From Chloropicon primus (Eukaryota): a stretch of DNA of 64,000 nt. Positions within the stretch are counted from its first letter, which is position 1; every line of letters begins with the position of its first letter. A model generated the notes under the pieces. It searched no databases. It was not told where the DNA came from and saw only the letters and a program-made list of their open reading frames with translations. The stretch covers positions 558,001 to 622,000 of the forward strand of contig CP060758.1 of NCBI GenBank assembly GCA_023205875.1, given 5' to 3'. Below, piece after piece: positions 20,842 to 31,943 of the stretch. A program made the position numbers and the translations under genes.

Positions 20842-21102
20842 GGTGGAGGGTTTTTGAGGAGAATTAGGGGATACTTCGTCTCGTGTTCTTTCCAAAGACC
20901 CCTCGCTTGACCAGTTTGGCGACATTTGCAAGGAGGTGGGCTCGGAAAGGGCTGCGACTTTCGTGCGAGGGGGAGACCACGAGAGCGTCGCCCTTGCGAT
21001 CGATTAGCGAGGCCGAGGGGGCGCGGTGGAGGGTTTTTGAGGAGAAGGAGGGGATACTTCGTCTCGCGCGCTTTCAAAAGACCCCTCGATTGACCGGTTT
21101 GG
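20842..21102. repeat. Imperfect 78-bp direct repeat (20842-20919 and 21025-21102), each copy a potential hairpin
   Basis: The copies align without gaps, with 8 mismatches by eye and a 183-bp offset. Confidence 0.85.
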
Positions 21103-21276
21103 GTCTCGGAGGAAGGCGTGAGGTAATGCGTGCGTGCGGTCGGTAGGGCCGCTGAATGCAGATCACGTTGCTCGGGAGCTGTGGCGGGTCTTGGGCTCTG
21201 GCAAAGTCGTAGGGGACCTGGCCGAGCTGAGTGGGCGACCTCTTGTGGTGTCCGGCCTTTCGGAGCAGAGGAAGGG

Positions 21277-24200
21277 ATGGCGCCCGAGGACGGCACGGAC
21301 GATGACTTGTGGGTGGAGACGGCGACCGAGGAGGAAGTGAAGAGGCACGTCGAAAGGGTTCGGGAGATATTTGCGGAGTATGGGGTATCTCCCGCGTCGA
21401 CCCCGAGCACGTCCGGCAGCAGCTCTCCGACGAGCTCGCTGGAGGGGGACGAGGAGGAGGATGTGGGGGGAGGCCGGGGGATGAACGGCTCGGCAAGCGC
21501 TGGAGCGAGGCCGCAATTTGAGCCCCTGCGTCTACCGGGGGCCAGCAGTGCTGGCTCGACGAGGGCCCCGACCGGCTCCAGTGGTGGACAACCGCAGACG
21601 CACCGGAGAAACTCTTCGCTCATCACAAAAATAGTGCAGAAGGACGGAAAGGCGCAGGGCAGCCAAGAGGTCAAGATGAACTCCACGATTTTTTCTAAAA
21701 TGATGGAGAAGACCAACAGCCTGGGGACCTCGAGGCCAGATGGCCTGGAACTGGGAGGAATACCGGAGTCCGAAGAGAGCCAGGGGGCTTCTGACAACGA
21801 GGCGGTCAGCGCGGACCAAGGAACGAACGACGCGAGCGGCGACCTCATCTCACCCTTCCTCGACTCGCTTTATGAGGCCGAGCAGGCGGAGCTGGCGTGG
21901 TTGAAACCTCAGGGCGCCGGCTCAGGGGAAGCACCAGAGGGGGGTGACGCCGAGACGGAAGGGGCGCCCGAGGGAGGAGCGGAACCCGTTCTGAGCTTGG
22001 AGAACATGGCCATAAGCAAGAACTCCTGGTTTGGTTCGATCGACCTCAATGTGGAGCCCGAGGAAGGGAGCCCGTGTATATTATCCTCCAGGACCCTGCC
22101 TGGCAGCACCAGCGTCTTGACTCTGGGAACCAGCACAGGGACGGTGCTGGCAAAGAGCATCAGGGAGCTCTCGAAGCCACTGTGGGCCCCCACGGCGAGG
22201 TGCGAGCCCCCCGCCCCCCAGCCCCAGGAAAAGAATTGTAAAATTACTTCCCTAGCGACAAGCTTTGGTTTGGACAACTACGTAGCAGTTGGCTACTCCA
22301 ACGGGGCTATTGCGTTGTACGACACGAGCGACCTTGGGGATGCCCAAGAAAGCGAGAAGATCGCCTCTCAGGCGATGAAGGTGATCAGGCAGCCCGAAAC
22401 AAAGGACAATCCTATAACTTCGCTCGGGTTCACCTTCTGCAGGCAGCAATCGGGAGACCAGCCTGATGCTTCCGAGCAAAATCGTCAAAAGTCACTCAGA
22501 GGTACGGCCAAGGCTGCGATTGGCGCGATGGGCATGGGCCGGGTTTGCACGTTCCTGGCGTGCTCAGCCAACGGACTTGTCTGCAGCCATTCCGTGTCGG
22601 TGATGGCTCCCACCGTGTCGTTCTTGCGCAGAACCCCAGTGATCAGCGTTTCGACCAAGATAAGAGGGCGGCTTGACTCAGCGATACTTGATTGCTCCCT
22701 GATACTCTTTCCTGGTGGTGTCCTGGCTGCGATCGTCATGCAAAACGGGATCATGGTTGTGCAGTTGCCTTTATCCGAGAACCAAGAAAGTGCCCAGATG
22801 GTCACCCTGGGGAAGGTGTCCAAGCCAGCGAACACTGCATTCGGTGCCGTCCCTTGCGTGTGTTGGAGAATTGTCAGTGCCCAGGATAGCGTCTTTGAAT
22901 TGCTAGTGAGTTGGGACTGCATTGTCCAGTCTGTGAGCGTGAAGCCAAAGTTGCAAAATGAGGTCGAGGAAGGCCAAAGCTTTGTTGACATCTTGCACGA
23001 GTGGCGGGTGGAGCAATCGGTTGCGAGCATGCATTGGCTAGACAACAGTAACATGCTGGCAGTGTGCTCTGAGCATGGGCACGTGACCCTCTCTACGTGC
23101 CAGGACGGACACTTTCACCAAGGTCTGGACATCATAGAGTCCCTTTTGCTGCCAGAATCCCCTGTCAGACAGGTGGCATCGCACGAAAGGTCCTTTCACG
23201 GGTCCACTCTGTGTTTGTCTTCTTCGATGGCTGGGACAAGCAACGCGACCCTGGAAGGTCAGACCGCTTTTTCTGTGGTGTGCAACAATGGGAAGATCGT
23301 TTACCTCTTGCTACTGTCCCCTCTTTCTCGTGCTATAGCACTGTTTTCAAAGAACGCGACCACTCCTGCGGTTGCTCTGAAAGCGAGTCTGGAGATGCTC
23401 TCTGGCAAACGCGACGAGAACAGAGCGGGGCTGCACAAGCAGATTCTGGTGACGTTGGATGCCACGATGAGGAAGGACATCCACGAGAAGAACTACGATC
23501 TTGCGGCAAGGACAACCTTTTCTGCTTGCCTGGCGATCGCGGAGAGCCAGGTGAAGGACAACGAAATCTCCATGCTGGACGACTCAGTGGCCATACGAGA
23601 ATTTTTGTGGCAAGACGCGTTCTCGGCCTTTAGCGAGAGTGAGAGCAGCATCTCTGCGTTCACAAGGGCTCTGGAAGAGGCCATCATGAAGCAGGTCGGA
23701 GCTCACAACGAGAGCATGCCAGGCTCAGAAACCATTCGCGTGCCTCCAGAAGTGATGCAGAAGTTGGTTGAGAGTCTCAGCTCCCATCCCGAGAGAATAG
23801 AGCGTTGCGTGATTCAGATGCCAATCTTCTGTCTCGACTTCAATCAGGTGGCAAAGCTTTGCATTTTGCACAATTTGCACACGGCGTTTGCATACCTGTA
23901 CAACGAAGGGCTCCGGGACGCACTCACTCCTGCCGTGGAGATGATCCGTGGGCTGTTGAAGTGCGAGGCGAGAGATTCTCAACGAAGTCTCATGAGAAAA
24001 TTTTGCGTGTACGCGGCGTACTGCTTTCAGGGGAGGAGGTATCCGCCCGCCGACCGATCCAACACGCTGGACGTTGGGCAGCCTGCAGCATCAGGGAATG
24101 AGAACGAGCCGCTGACAGACTTGGTCCAGAAGGAGGAGCAGCTTCATGCTGTCCGTGCCCAACTTCTCAAGCTTCTGCTCCTGTGCCCTATCAGCAAGCT

Positions 24201-26142
24201 GCTGCAGCCTGGCATGCCGACGCCTCTGCTGAGTTCGAGTGACCTTCTGAATGGTCCCGTCATCCGATTGATGCTGCGGTTGGACTCGTGCTTGTGCCTG
24301 TCCATGCTCCTTTGCGCCTTTGAGACTTGGGACGCCGTCTCTTCGGATATTTTCGAGGCGTCGATTCAGCTTGAGGCGGCCGAGGGGCCACTCGACGGCG
24401 CGGACTCCAACTCGACAGCCCTCCAGCTTGCTGTCGACGTCCTGTCGCGGGAAGCGGAGGAATGCGAGCGGCTCGGAAGTCATGGCATGGCGGATGCGGG
24501 GTGTGTATGGATGTTCGTGGCCCACGAAGTGGCCTCTGGCCGGGCTCGGTTTGGCTCGAGCACTGGCGCGGAGCTCCTGGCCCGCGTGCTGGAGCACCTG
24601 TGCCTCGCCGCCTCGACGCTCCAGGAGTTGAAGAGGAAGGAATCGTTCGAGAGGGCTGCCTTGAGGCTCGTGGATGAGTGGTGGGACATCAATTGTTCCC
24701 CGGACCACGCGGAGCGCATCAGCAAGCTGGCTCTGAACACCAAGTTTTACCTCCTTTGCGCCAAAGTTAGGATGCTCTGTGGAGATTACGAGGGAGCCAT
24801 CGACTTTCTGCTGACGTACATGGGGGAGGTGGCCGAGAAGGACCAGGTGGTTTCGTCGATTAGGCACAAGCGGTGCGAGGCCACTTTCAGAGTGCTGAAC
24901 GATCTCCTGAGCATCGAAGGCAGGGGCAGAGCCCTCGCTCGGCAGGCCGTTACGTCTAAGCTGAAGGACTTCACCAGGATCGACGGCACCCGAACGGCCC
25001 AGCTCATTGGCGCGCTCCAGAACTCGGGAAGCGGGCCGGGGGCCGGGGGAGGGCAGTTTCTGAGCGCGGCGGAGGACCTGGAGAACAAAATTCTGATCGA
25101 GAACTACATCGACGCCATCTGCCAGATCGATCCCGACTCCGTCTTGGTCTACCTGCAGAGGAACGAGGGGAGGTACCGGCTGGACTCGGTGCTCCGGACG
25201 ATCATGAGGTCCCCCAAGGTGGAGACCTTCCGGTGCGACGACGCCGCGGTCTACCTCCTGGAGAGGCTCGGGGACATCATGGGCGGCCTGGACATCATCC
25301 TCGGGGTGGTCCGAGGGGGGCTCTCCCTGCTGTCGGCCAAGGTCACGGAGAGCACCAGCAGCTCGGCGACGGGGAGGGCGGACGTCCACCTGATCGCGGA
25401 GGGCCGGGCGACGAGGGAGTGCCTCAAGGCCGCGTTCGAGCTCAACTTCCGCAACTCGCAGCTCCTCGACGCCCCCGAGCTGGAGGAGCTGTGGTTCAAG
25501 ATCCTGGCGACCTTCGTGAACCCCGCTCACGACGCCGCTCTGGCGGCCCCGGAGGCCGCCGGCACCGGCAGCAAGGAGGCCCTGAAGGAGATGCAGTCGT
25601 TCCTCTCCACGTGCGTGAGGGACACCATCATGGCGATGTCGGACGCCATGCCCCTCACGAGGGTCGCTGCCCGGCTCGTCCAGGAGCACAGCGGGTCCTC
25701 CCTGAGCTCCTTCCGGGAGATCCTGTCGGACCTCCTGCAGGCGTGCGGCCACGACGTCGACGTCCTGGCGACCGCCAAGCGGGTGTTCGAGACCCAGCAG
25801 CGGGCGAGCAGGCACGCCAAGTGGGTCACCTCCCGGGGGAGGGTCAGGCCGAGGGAGCTCCGGGTGGCGCGGGTGGACGGCGCCGAGGGGGGCCAAGGCG
25901 GTCTGAGGACGTCGAGGGGCAGTGGAGGGGCGTCCTGGCTCTCAAGCAGCGGGGGCGCGGCGTCGTTCCTGTCCACGATCGGCGGGGACGAGACCCACCA
26001 CCACCTGCACCTGGCCCCTCCCCCGGGCTCGGAGCACATGGTCGCCCACGGCGGCGGGACCTCGAACATCACCGCGGCGACGACCAGAGTCGTGGGGGCC
26101 TTCCCGCAACGCGCCCAGTTCCACGGGGAGTTGGTGGGGTGA
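21277..26142 (+). CDS. VPS8: Vacuolar protein sorting 8 (CORVET subunit)
   Basis: WD-like N-terminal region, the Vps8 central motif VPPEVMQKLV...IERCVIQM...LDFNQVAKLC..HNL..AFAYLYN...TP, and a clathrin-repeat-like DAAVYLLERLGD...ELWFKIL region. Confidence 0.85.
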   Translation: MAPEDGTDDDLWVETATEEEVKRHVERVREIFAEYGVSPASTPSTSGSSSPTSSLEGDEEEDVGGGRGMNGSASAGARPQFEPLRLPGASSAGSTRAPTGSSGGQPQTHRRNSSLITKIVQKDGKAQGSQEVKMNSTIFSKMMEKTNSLGTSRPDGLELGGIPESEESQGASDNEAVSADQGTNDASGDLISPFLDSLYEAEQAELAWLKPQGAGSGEAPEGGDAETEGAPEGGAEPVLSLENMAISKNSWFGSIDLNVEPEEGSPCILSSRTLPGSTSVLTLGTSTGTVLAKSIRELSKPLWAPTARCEPPAPQPQEKNCKITSLATSFGLDNYVAVGYSNGAIALYDTSDLGDAQESEKIASQAMKVIRQPETKDNPITSLGFTFCRQQSGDQPDASEQNRQKSLRGTAKAAIGAMGMGRVCTFLACSANGLVCSHSVSVMAPTVSFLRRTPVISVSTKIRGRLDSAILDCSLILFPGGVLAAIVMQNGIMVVQLPLSENQESAQMVTLGKVSKPANTAFGAVPCVCWRIVSAQDSVFELLVSWDCIVQSVSVKPKLQNEVEEGQSFVDILHEWRVEQSVASMHWLDNSNMLAVCSEHGHVTLSTCQDGHFHQGLDIIESLLLPESPVRQVASHERSFHGSTLCLSSSMAGTSNATLEGQTAFSVVCNNGKIVYLLLLSPLSRAIALFSKNATTPAVALKASLEMLSGKRDENRAGLHKQILVTLDATMRKDIHEKNYDLAARTTFSACLAIAESQVKDNEISMLDDSVAIREFLWQDAFSAFSESESSISAFTRALEEAIMKQVGAHNESMPGSETIRVPPEVMQKLVESLSSHPERIERCVIQMPIFCLDFNQVAKLCILHNLHTAFAYLYNEGLRDALTPAVEMIRGLLKCEARDSQRSLMRKFCVYAAYCFQGRRYPPADRSNTLDVGQPAASGNENEPLTDLVQKEEQLHAVRAQLLKLLLLCPISKLLQPGMPTPLLSSSDLLNGPVIRLMLRLDSCLCLSMLLCAFETWDAVSSDIFEASIQLEAAEGPLDGADSNSTALQLAVDVLSREAEECERLGSHGMADAGCVWMFVAHEVASGRARFGSSTGAELLARVLEHLCLAASTLQELKRKESFERAALRLVDEWWDINCSPDHAERISKLALNTKFYLLCAKVRMLCGDYEGAIDFLLTYMGEVAEKDQVVSSIRHKRCEATFRVLNDLLSIEGRGRALARQAVTSKLKDFTRIDGTRTAQLIGALQNSGSGPGAGGGQFLSAAEDLENKILIENYIDAICQIDPDSVLVYLQRNEGRYRLDSVLRTIMRSPKVETFRCDDAAVYLLERLGDIMGGLDIILGVVRGGLSLLSAKVTESTSSSATGRADVHLIAEGRATRECLKAAFELNFRNSQLLDAPELEELWFKILATFVNPAHDAALAAPEAAGTGSKEALKEMQSFLSTCVRDTIMAMSDAMPLTRVAARLVQEHSGSSLSSFREILSDLLQACGHDVDVLATAKRVFETQQRASRHAKWVTSRGRVRPRELRVARVDGAEGGQGGLRTSRGSGGASWLSSSGGAASFLSTIGGDETHHHLHLAPPPGSEHMVAHGGGTSNITAATTRVVGAFPQRAQFHGELVG

Positions 26143-26482
26143 GTGAGGGTGGACGGCTGCCGTGGCAGAGATGCAGCAGCAGCAGCATCGTGTCCCCCCT
26201 TGGCTTGGCTTTGGAAAAGGAGGTGATCCTGTTTTGTTTTATTTTCCTAATCCTAACAGACCGCAGGATGAAATAAACGTCCAAAGCAAAGTTGTTTTCC
26301 ATTTTGCGAATCCTAAATCGAAACCCGCGTCTTGGAATTCCAGACTAACGAGCGAGTTCCGTGGCACGTTCCGTCAGACCTCGTCGTCCTCGTCAACAAC
26401 ATGACGGTTCGCCGTCTTGTCTTGTTCTCCTTCTTCCTCCTTCCTAAAACATTAAGAACAAGCAAAACCAACAACGTCCACC

Positions 26483-26514
<32 letters not shown>

Positions 26515-26922
26515 CCTCGAAGTTGCCGAAGCGATTTTGGTCTTATCCTCGTCGATTCCATTTTGCGGTGGAAAAAGCGTCTTCGGATCGCGGATCCGAA
26601 AGGGTTTGGGGGAAGGCGGAGCGCGACAGCTGAGAACCAAGGTGGCCGCGCGCATACCTGCATTCCTCCCGCGCGCGAGGGAGGAGCAAGGGAAGCGAAA
26701 GGGAAGGAGGGGAAGGAGGTCTGAGCTCCACACACACTGACCGCATTTTGGGGGTTCGTACCTCAAGGCAAGTCGACGCAGAGGAGCGGGGTTGTCCGGG
26801 TGTCGACTTAGGGGTGTCGGTTTTCTCGCGAGACTTGGTCTCATCCCATCTTGTGCTGGCTGCTTGCTGCTGGTGGTTTGTTGTCGAGAGAGGGGCCGGG
26901 TACGATAGGGCGAACGCACGTG

Positions 26923-27468
26923 ATGGCTACGTCTTCGGACGATGAGGAGAGGCCGGCGAAGAAGTCGAAGACGACCGAGTCTCGGGCGAAGCTCGAGAAG
27001 GAGAGGAGGCAGCAAATTCGAACTAGGTGAGTGCGGAGACCGCCCTGTCCTATTCCCTATTCCGCATCCCATCCTTGCGAAAGTTGTTTGTCTGTTTGTT
27101 GTGGGTGGCGACTCTCGTCTGACTCTCGACTCCATTGCGGCAGGATACTGGACTTGCGGGACGTGCTGCCTTACTTTCAGAACTACTTGAGCAAGTCCCC
27201 GGCCACAGAGCACCTGAAGCTCGTGAGGGAGATGACCATGCTGCAGATCTTGGACGTCACGGTGTCGCTTCTGGAGGAGCTGGCCAAGGACGAGAGGTTC
27301 ATGAGGGCCGAGGGACGGAGTCACGGTGTCCCTGCGGTGACCAGGGGCAGCTACAGACATCTCCCGCAGTTCAACCCGGAGTACATCCCCGCAGAGAGGG
27401 GGGGCGGAGGACAAGCTCAAGACAAGTCCCTTTCAAATAATAATTCACAGTCGGAAGACAAAACCTAA
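26923..27468 (+). CDS. Small bHLH transcription factor (142 aa); exons 26923-27026 and 27144-27468
   Basis: Splicing the phase-2 intron 27027-27143 (GTGAGT..CTGAC..CAG) gives ...RAKLEKERRQQIRTRILDLRDVLP...MTMLQILDVTVSLLEEL, matching the basic-helix1-loop-helix2 consensus. NLS-like PAKKSK. Confidence 0.75.
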
Positions 27469-27526
27469 TGCAAGCGAGAGGGCGCCCAACAACACCCTTT
27501 CTCAATCATTTTTCACAAGAGCCAAG

Positions 27527-27568
<42 letters not shown>

Positions 27569-27772
27569 AGAGGGAAGCGGAAGCGTTTGGTCCAGAGACG
27601 TTCTTCGCTCCTCGACGACGACGACGACGACGGCGACGACGTGTGTGCGTGCGTGCGTGAGGAGGAGGAGCGATCGATCGCGTTCTTGGAGCTCCTTCCC
27701 TTCCACACTCCGTCACTCCGTCTGCTGCTCGTCACCACCACCAGCAGCAGCAGCAGCAAAATCGATGAGAGG

Positions 27773-28651
27773 ATGGAGATCCCGAAGAAAACGAGCGAGT
27801 ACCTGAGCCCGACGTACTGGAACGAGAGGTTCAAGACCGAGGAGTCGTATGAGTGGCTCGGGGAGTACGAGAACTTCGCACCGATCCTCCGGAGGTACCT
27901 GGAGGAGTCCTCCCACCCTATGCCACAGACTTGCCTCGTCGTGGGGAATGGGAACTCGACCATGGGTCAGTCTCTCGCGTTGGACTCCAAGGTGATGAGG
28001 TACGGGACTCACACCGTGTGCATTACAGACGTCAGCCCGGTTGTGGTGAGCAAGTCGAGCGAGAAGGCCGGGAGGGACGGAGGGGAGGTGTCTCGAACGA
28101 GTTGGGCGGTTTGCGACATGCTTTGCTTGCCGTACCGAAACAAGAGCTTGGACCTCATCGTGGAGAAGGGGGCGATGGACGTGTTGGAGGTCGACGGGGG
28201 GAAGGACCCTTGGCACCCGAACCCCAAGACCTTGGAAAGGATGCACGCGTGGCTGGCCGAGGCGCACAGGGTTATCTCTGACCAGGGCGTTCTGGTGTCC
28301 ATATCCTTCGCGCAGCCTCACTTCAGGAAGCTTCTCTTCGACAGCCAGGGGTACACCTGGATCGTGGAGACCGAGTCGTACACCACGACGCTGGCGTCGA
28401 CCGAGAACCAAGAAGCGCAGGGGGGCGGCGACGGTTCGTTTTGGGAGTACTTTATTTATTTCGCAAGGAAGGGGGCGAGGTCACCGTCGCTTGCGCACCA
28501 GAGGGAAAGCGGCGTCGGCGGCAGGTCCGAAGCAGACAGGAAAGGGTGCAAGGAGGACTACGAGCACGAGATTTTGGATCACGAGGACTTCTTGTTCCGC
28601 ATCGGCGGCCAGGGCGACGACGAGGACGAGGACGAGGACGAGGAGAACTGA
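27773..28651 (+). CDS. SAM-dependent methyltransferase, EEF1AKMT4/METTL13-like
   Basis: YWNERF..EESYEW, VVGNGNS, DLIVEKGAMD, DPW.P and SISFAQPHFR motifs. Confidence 0.85.
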   Translation: MEIPKKTSEYLSPTYWNERFKTEESYEWLGEYENFAPILRRYLEESSHPMPQTCLVVGNGNSTMGQSLALDSKVMRYGTHTVCITDVSPVVVSKSSEKAGRDGGEVSRTSWAVCDMLCLPYRNKSLDLIVEKGAMDVLEVDGGKDPWHPNPKTLERMHAWLAEAHRVISDQGVLVSISFAQPHFRKLLFDSQGYTWIVETESYTTTLASTENQEAQGGGDGSFWEYFIYFARKGARSPSLAHQRESGVGGRSEADRKGCKEDYEHEILDHEDFLFRIGGQGDDEDEDEDEEN

Positions 28652-29056
28652 CAAAAGTGGTGCCGCCGCTTCGACCCGTCCGTCCGTCGGAGGCCCAGAC
28701 CCGCGCCGGATCGAATCCGTCGCACCGTCACTCGCATGCAATTGTATTCTAGCCACAGGAACTCGATCGGCTCGAGACTCCTTCCTGATCACACATCACC
28801 CACCCACACCAGGGTGGTGGGAGGTGTTTCCACTCCCTCTGCCTGATCTCTCCCCACTTCATCGTCATCACTCCATTCAAGAAGAGTAAAAAAGAACCTG
28901 ATCCCAAGAGATTTTAGGCGCCAGAGGGGTGGCCGAGCTCCTCCCCCGTCCCACCTCTCGATCCCATCCAGAACGGAGGACTTGCCCGTCCCATCATCCG
29001 ATTGTCCTCCTCCCTCCTGAAAGAAGCGAAGAGGAGGAGCTCCTCAATCAGCAAGA

Positions 29057-29824
29057 ATGGCTTCGCTCGATCTCCCGATGAGAGAGATCGTGGAGAGCGT
29101 GCTGAAGGAAGTGGAACGCGACAAGGACTTGAGCTACGAGTCCGTGGAAAGGTGAGGCGACTCGTGAACGACGGAAGACGATCGTCTCTGCTGACCTGAA
29201 CTCTTTCTCCTTTTCGATTCGAACCGTTCTTCGTCGTTGTCGATGATGATCATGATGATGATGATGATGGTTTGGTGATCTGGTTTGGTTGCTCTAGCTT
29301 GGGCTTCCTGTTCGACAAAGGGCTCGACAAGGCCGTGGATATCGTGCAGAACTCATGCGTCAAGCGAGTCGTGGGAGAAACCAGCGGCAGAGAAATATTT
29401 CAGGTCAAGGCTCGCTTGTCGACCTCGAGGAGGCAAAGCAAAACTTGGCAGCCCAGGCAGCACAAGCCCTCCAGTGACAGCGCGACCAAGGTGGACGAGT
29501 ACCTTGTCCTTCCTTTCCACTACTGCTCCTGCCATGCCTTCCAGTTCGAGGTGATCAACAGGGGGGAAGCCTTTATGGTGAGCGCGACATCAACGCACCT
29601 CCTCCTCAGCGTACCTGAGCTTGCTTGTACTGACCTTCTCTCTGTGTGTCTCTGTGTGTCCGTGTGCGTGTGTGTTTGTGTGGTGGTCTTGGCAACAATC
29701 AATCAAATTGTTGCTGTTGCAGTGCAAGCATATCCTGGCAGCCCGCCTGGCCAGGGCTTTGGGTAAAATGGTGACGATCGTAGTGAACGACGACTTGCTG
29801 GCGCAAGTCCTGCTGAGCTACTAG
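29057..29824 (+). CDS. ZSWIM7: SWIM zinc-finger protein ZSWIM7/SWS1-like; exons 29057-29151, 29298-29577 and 29723-29824
   Basis: Two GT-AG introns join LGFLFDKGLDKAVDIV...SGREIFQV and HYCSCHAF...AFM|CKHILAARLA (SWIM CxC..CxH). Confidence 0.85.
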
Positions 29825-29964
29825 GAAGAGGAGTGGACCGTCGTCGAGGACGGGGTTGTCGTCGCAGAAGGGGTAGGGAACTCTTGTACGTGAGCAAGCT
29901 TGTAAAAAAATGAAATGAAATAGTGTATTTACAGAATGTACTTGTGGATTAGGACCCCGCCCGA

Positions 29965-31943
29965 TTACTCGGCCTTGATCGCCCTGTAGATCTTTCTGAT
30001 GAACCACAGGGAAGCTCTCCAGCCCACGGCTCCGAGCATGAGGAAGAACACCCAGCACACGCAGAACATGTAACCAAAGAAGAAGCTCGTCTGGAGCAAG
30101 CCGTCCATCTCGGACCTAGCGTGGAAGTAGTAGAAGCAGTAGCTGTAAATGAACGCAGCAGTGGAGCCGCCGCAGAGGACCGACCTCCACCACCACCTGT
30201 GGTCCTCGACAGAGAGCTGGAAGTACGTGAGGGCGATGGTGATGAACCCAGTCACCAGAGTGAGGATCAAGAAAACGATGAACAGGATGGAGAACACCGT
30301 GTACATCTTGTGCCCCCACACGCTCGCGAACACGTAGTAGAGCTCGATGTAGATGGCACTGAACGGCAAAAACCCAGCGATGATCATCTGCGGCACAGTC
30401 GTCCTGTACCACGGCAGAGTTGGTATTTCCCTCTCGTACTTGTTCGTCCTGCAAGGTGCATCAAACTCCGCGGAAGATTCCCTGTTCTTGCCGATGATGC
30501 CGCCCAGAAGGGTGAGGGGGAAGGCCACGAAAAGCCAGATCGCCACAATGATCATGATGGTCCCGAAAGGAAAAGCAGCGGTGCTGCCGTAGGCCCAAGC
30601 GACGCTGTTGTTGAAGCAGAAGACGAGGATGAATGGCGCCACGATGCAAAGCATGGTGAGGACCATCGTCCCCGCCCACCTCTCCCCCTCCATCTGCCTG
30701 TTCAATGAGCCTGAGACATATCCCCCAATGATACTCGTCAGGCAAAGGGCAAAGATGGCAGCCGTGTAGAAAGCTCCGCGGTTATAAGGGTAGAACACGT
30801 CGAGCATGGCAAGCATGAAGATGATGATCACCACCACGTAGATCTGAGTCCCTGCCCCAATGAATGCCGAGAACAGGGACTTGTTCTTCGGGAAGCGGAA
30901 GACGTCTCCGTGGACTAGCTTCCAGCCCGTCTCATCCTCCTCGTAGTCCTCCTCCTCTTCCTGCATAACGGTGTTGTACCTCGCAAAGTCCTTTCTCAAG
31001 ATCTTCAGCAAGATCGTAGCGAGGAACGCTACCAGCAGGAGGACGGTGATCAAGCTGTTGATGATCGAAAACCAGTGAATCTCCAAGTGCTGAGGAAGAA
31101 ATTGGTAGCGCCTGTACTTGAGCATGCGGTCCTCGAACTCGATCTTCGTGGACCTCCACTTGACGGAGAAGGAGAACTCCGCTTTCGTGAGGCTCCCGTC
31201 CACATTAGGCTCTGTGATGTCAACCACTTGGGTTGGGTCTGTGCTCAAGCTCACTTCGATGACGCGATCGTCGTTGTAAAGGATGTCAAAGTGCAAGTGC
31301 GTGAACAAGAAGTAGTGCTCCATACGGGGCCCGTTGTACTTGCTTTCCACCAGGTGAAGGTCCTCGAACTCTGCGTGGATGTTGTCCTTCTCCTTCTCCA
31401 TTTTTCCGACGAAGCCCCATATCGGCAAGCCATCGTAAAACAACTGAAAGTAATAGTCCCTCGCTACTGCGTTCCTGAACTTCTTCAGCTGCTTGGGCGT
31501 CAGCTCCTCGGAGCAAATGACCTCGTACTCGATGTCCGTTCTGAAGGGAATATTGTACACGGAAGAGACCAAGCGGTTGGCATCGACGACTTCCCCGAGG
31601 GACTCGGGCTGGTACCAAGAGACACAAAGAGTCAGTACGAAAACCGCAAAGGAAGAGTTAAAGAGGAGCAAAACGAGTCACCGGTAGGGGCATGCGGACT
31701 CACCTTGTACTTGGCGCCATCTTTTGGCTTGCAGAAGGGCAGGCTATAGTACTGGTAGGTCTCACTCGGGTTGTTGAAAGGTCCCACCTTGTTCGCGAAG
31801 AGTGGCACGTCCTCGTGAACCTTGTACTTTTGGTTTCCCTTCCCTGCGCTCACGCAAACCGAGAGCAAAGCCAAGGTCACCACGGCGATGCCCATTGCCA
31901 TGGCCCTGCCAGGCGTCTTCGGCAACTTCAAAGCCCCACTCAT
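29965..31943 (-). CDS. Transmembrane 9 superfamily (TM9SF/EMP70) protein; exons 31943-31704 and 31608-29965
   Basis: Signal peptide, ANKVGPFNNPSETYQYYSLPFC, EIHWFSIINS, GWKLVHGDVFR, nine TM segments and C-terminal IKAE. Phase-0 intron 31703-31609. Confidence 0.95.

Noticed and set aside
20842..21102. Direct repeat as a CRISPR array or LTR pair
   Set aside because: There are only two 78-bp copies in a eukaryotic context, with no cas or retroelement ORFs and no TG..CA ends or clear target-site duplication.
28652..29056. Possible ncRNA, tRNA or snoRNA in the methyltransferase-ZSWIM7 gap (GGATTCGATCC hairpin, CTGA and GTGATGA boxes)
   Set aside because: There is no cloverleaf, the C and D boxes lie on opposite strands, and there is no recognisable snRNA/RNase P motif. 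Infernal would be needed to exclude it fully.
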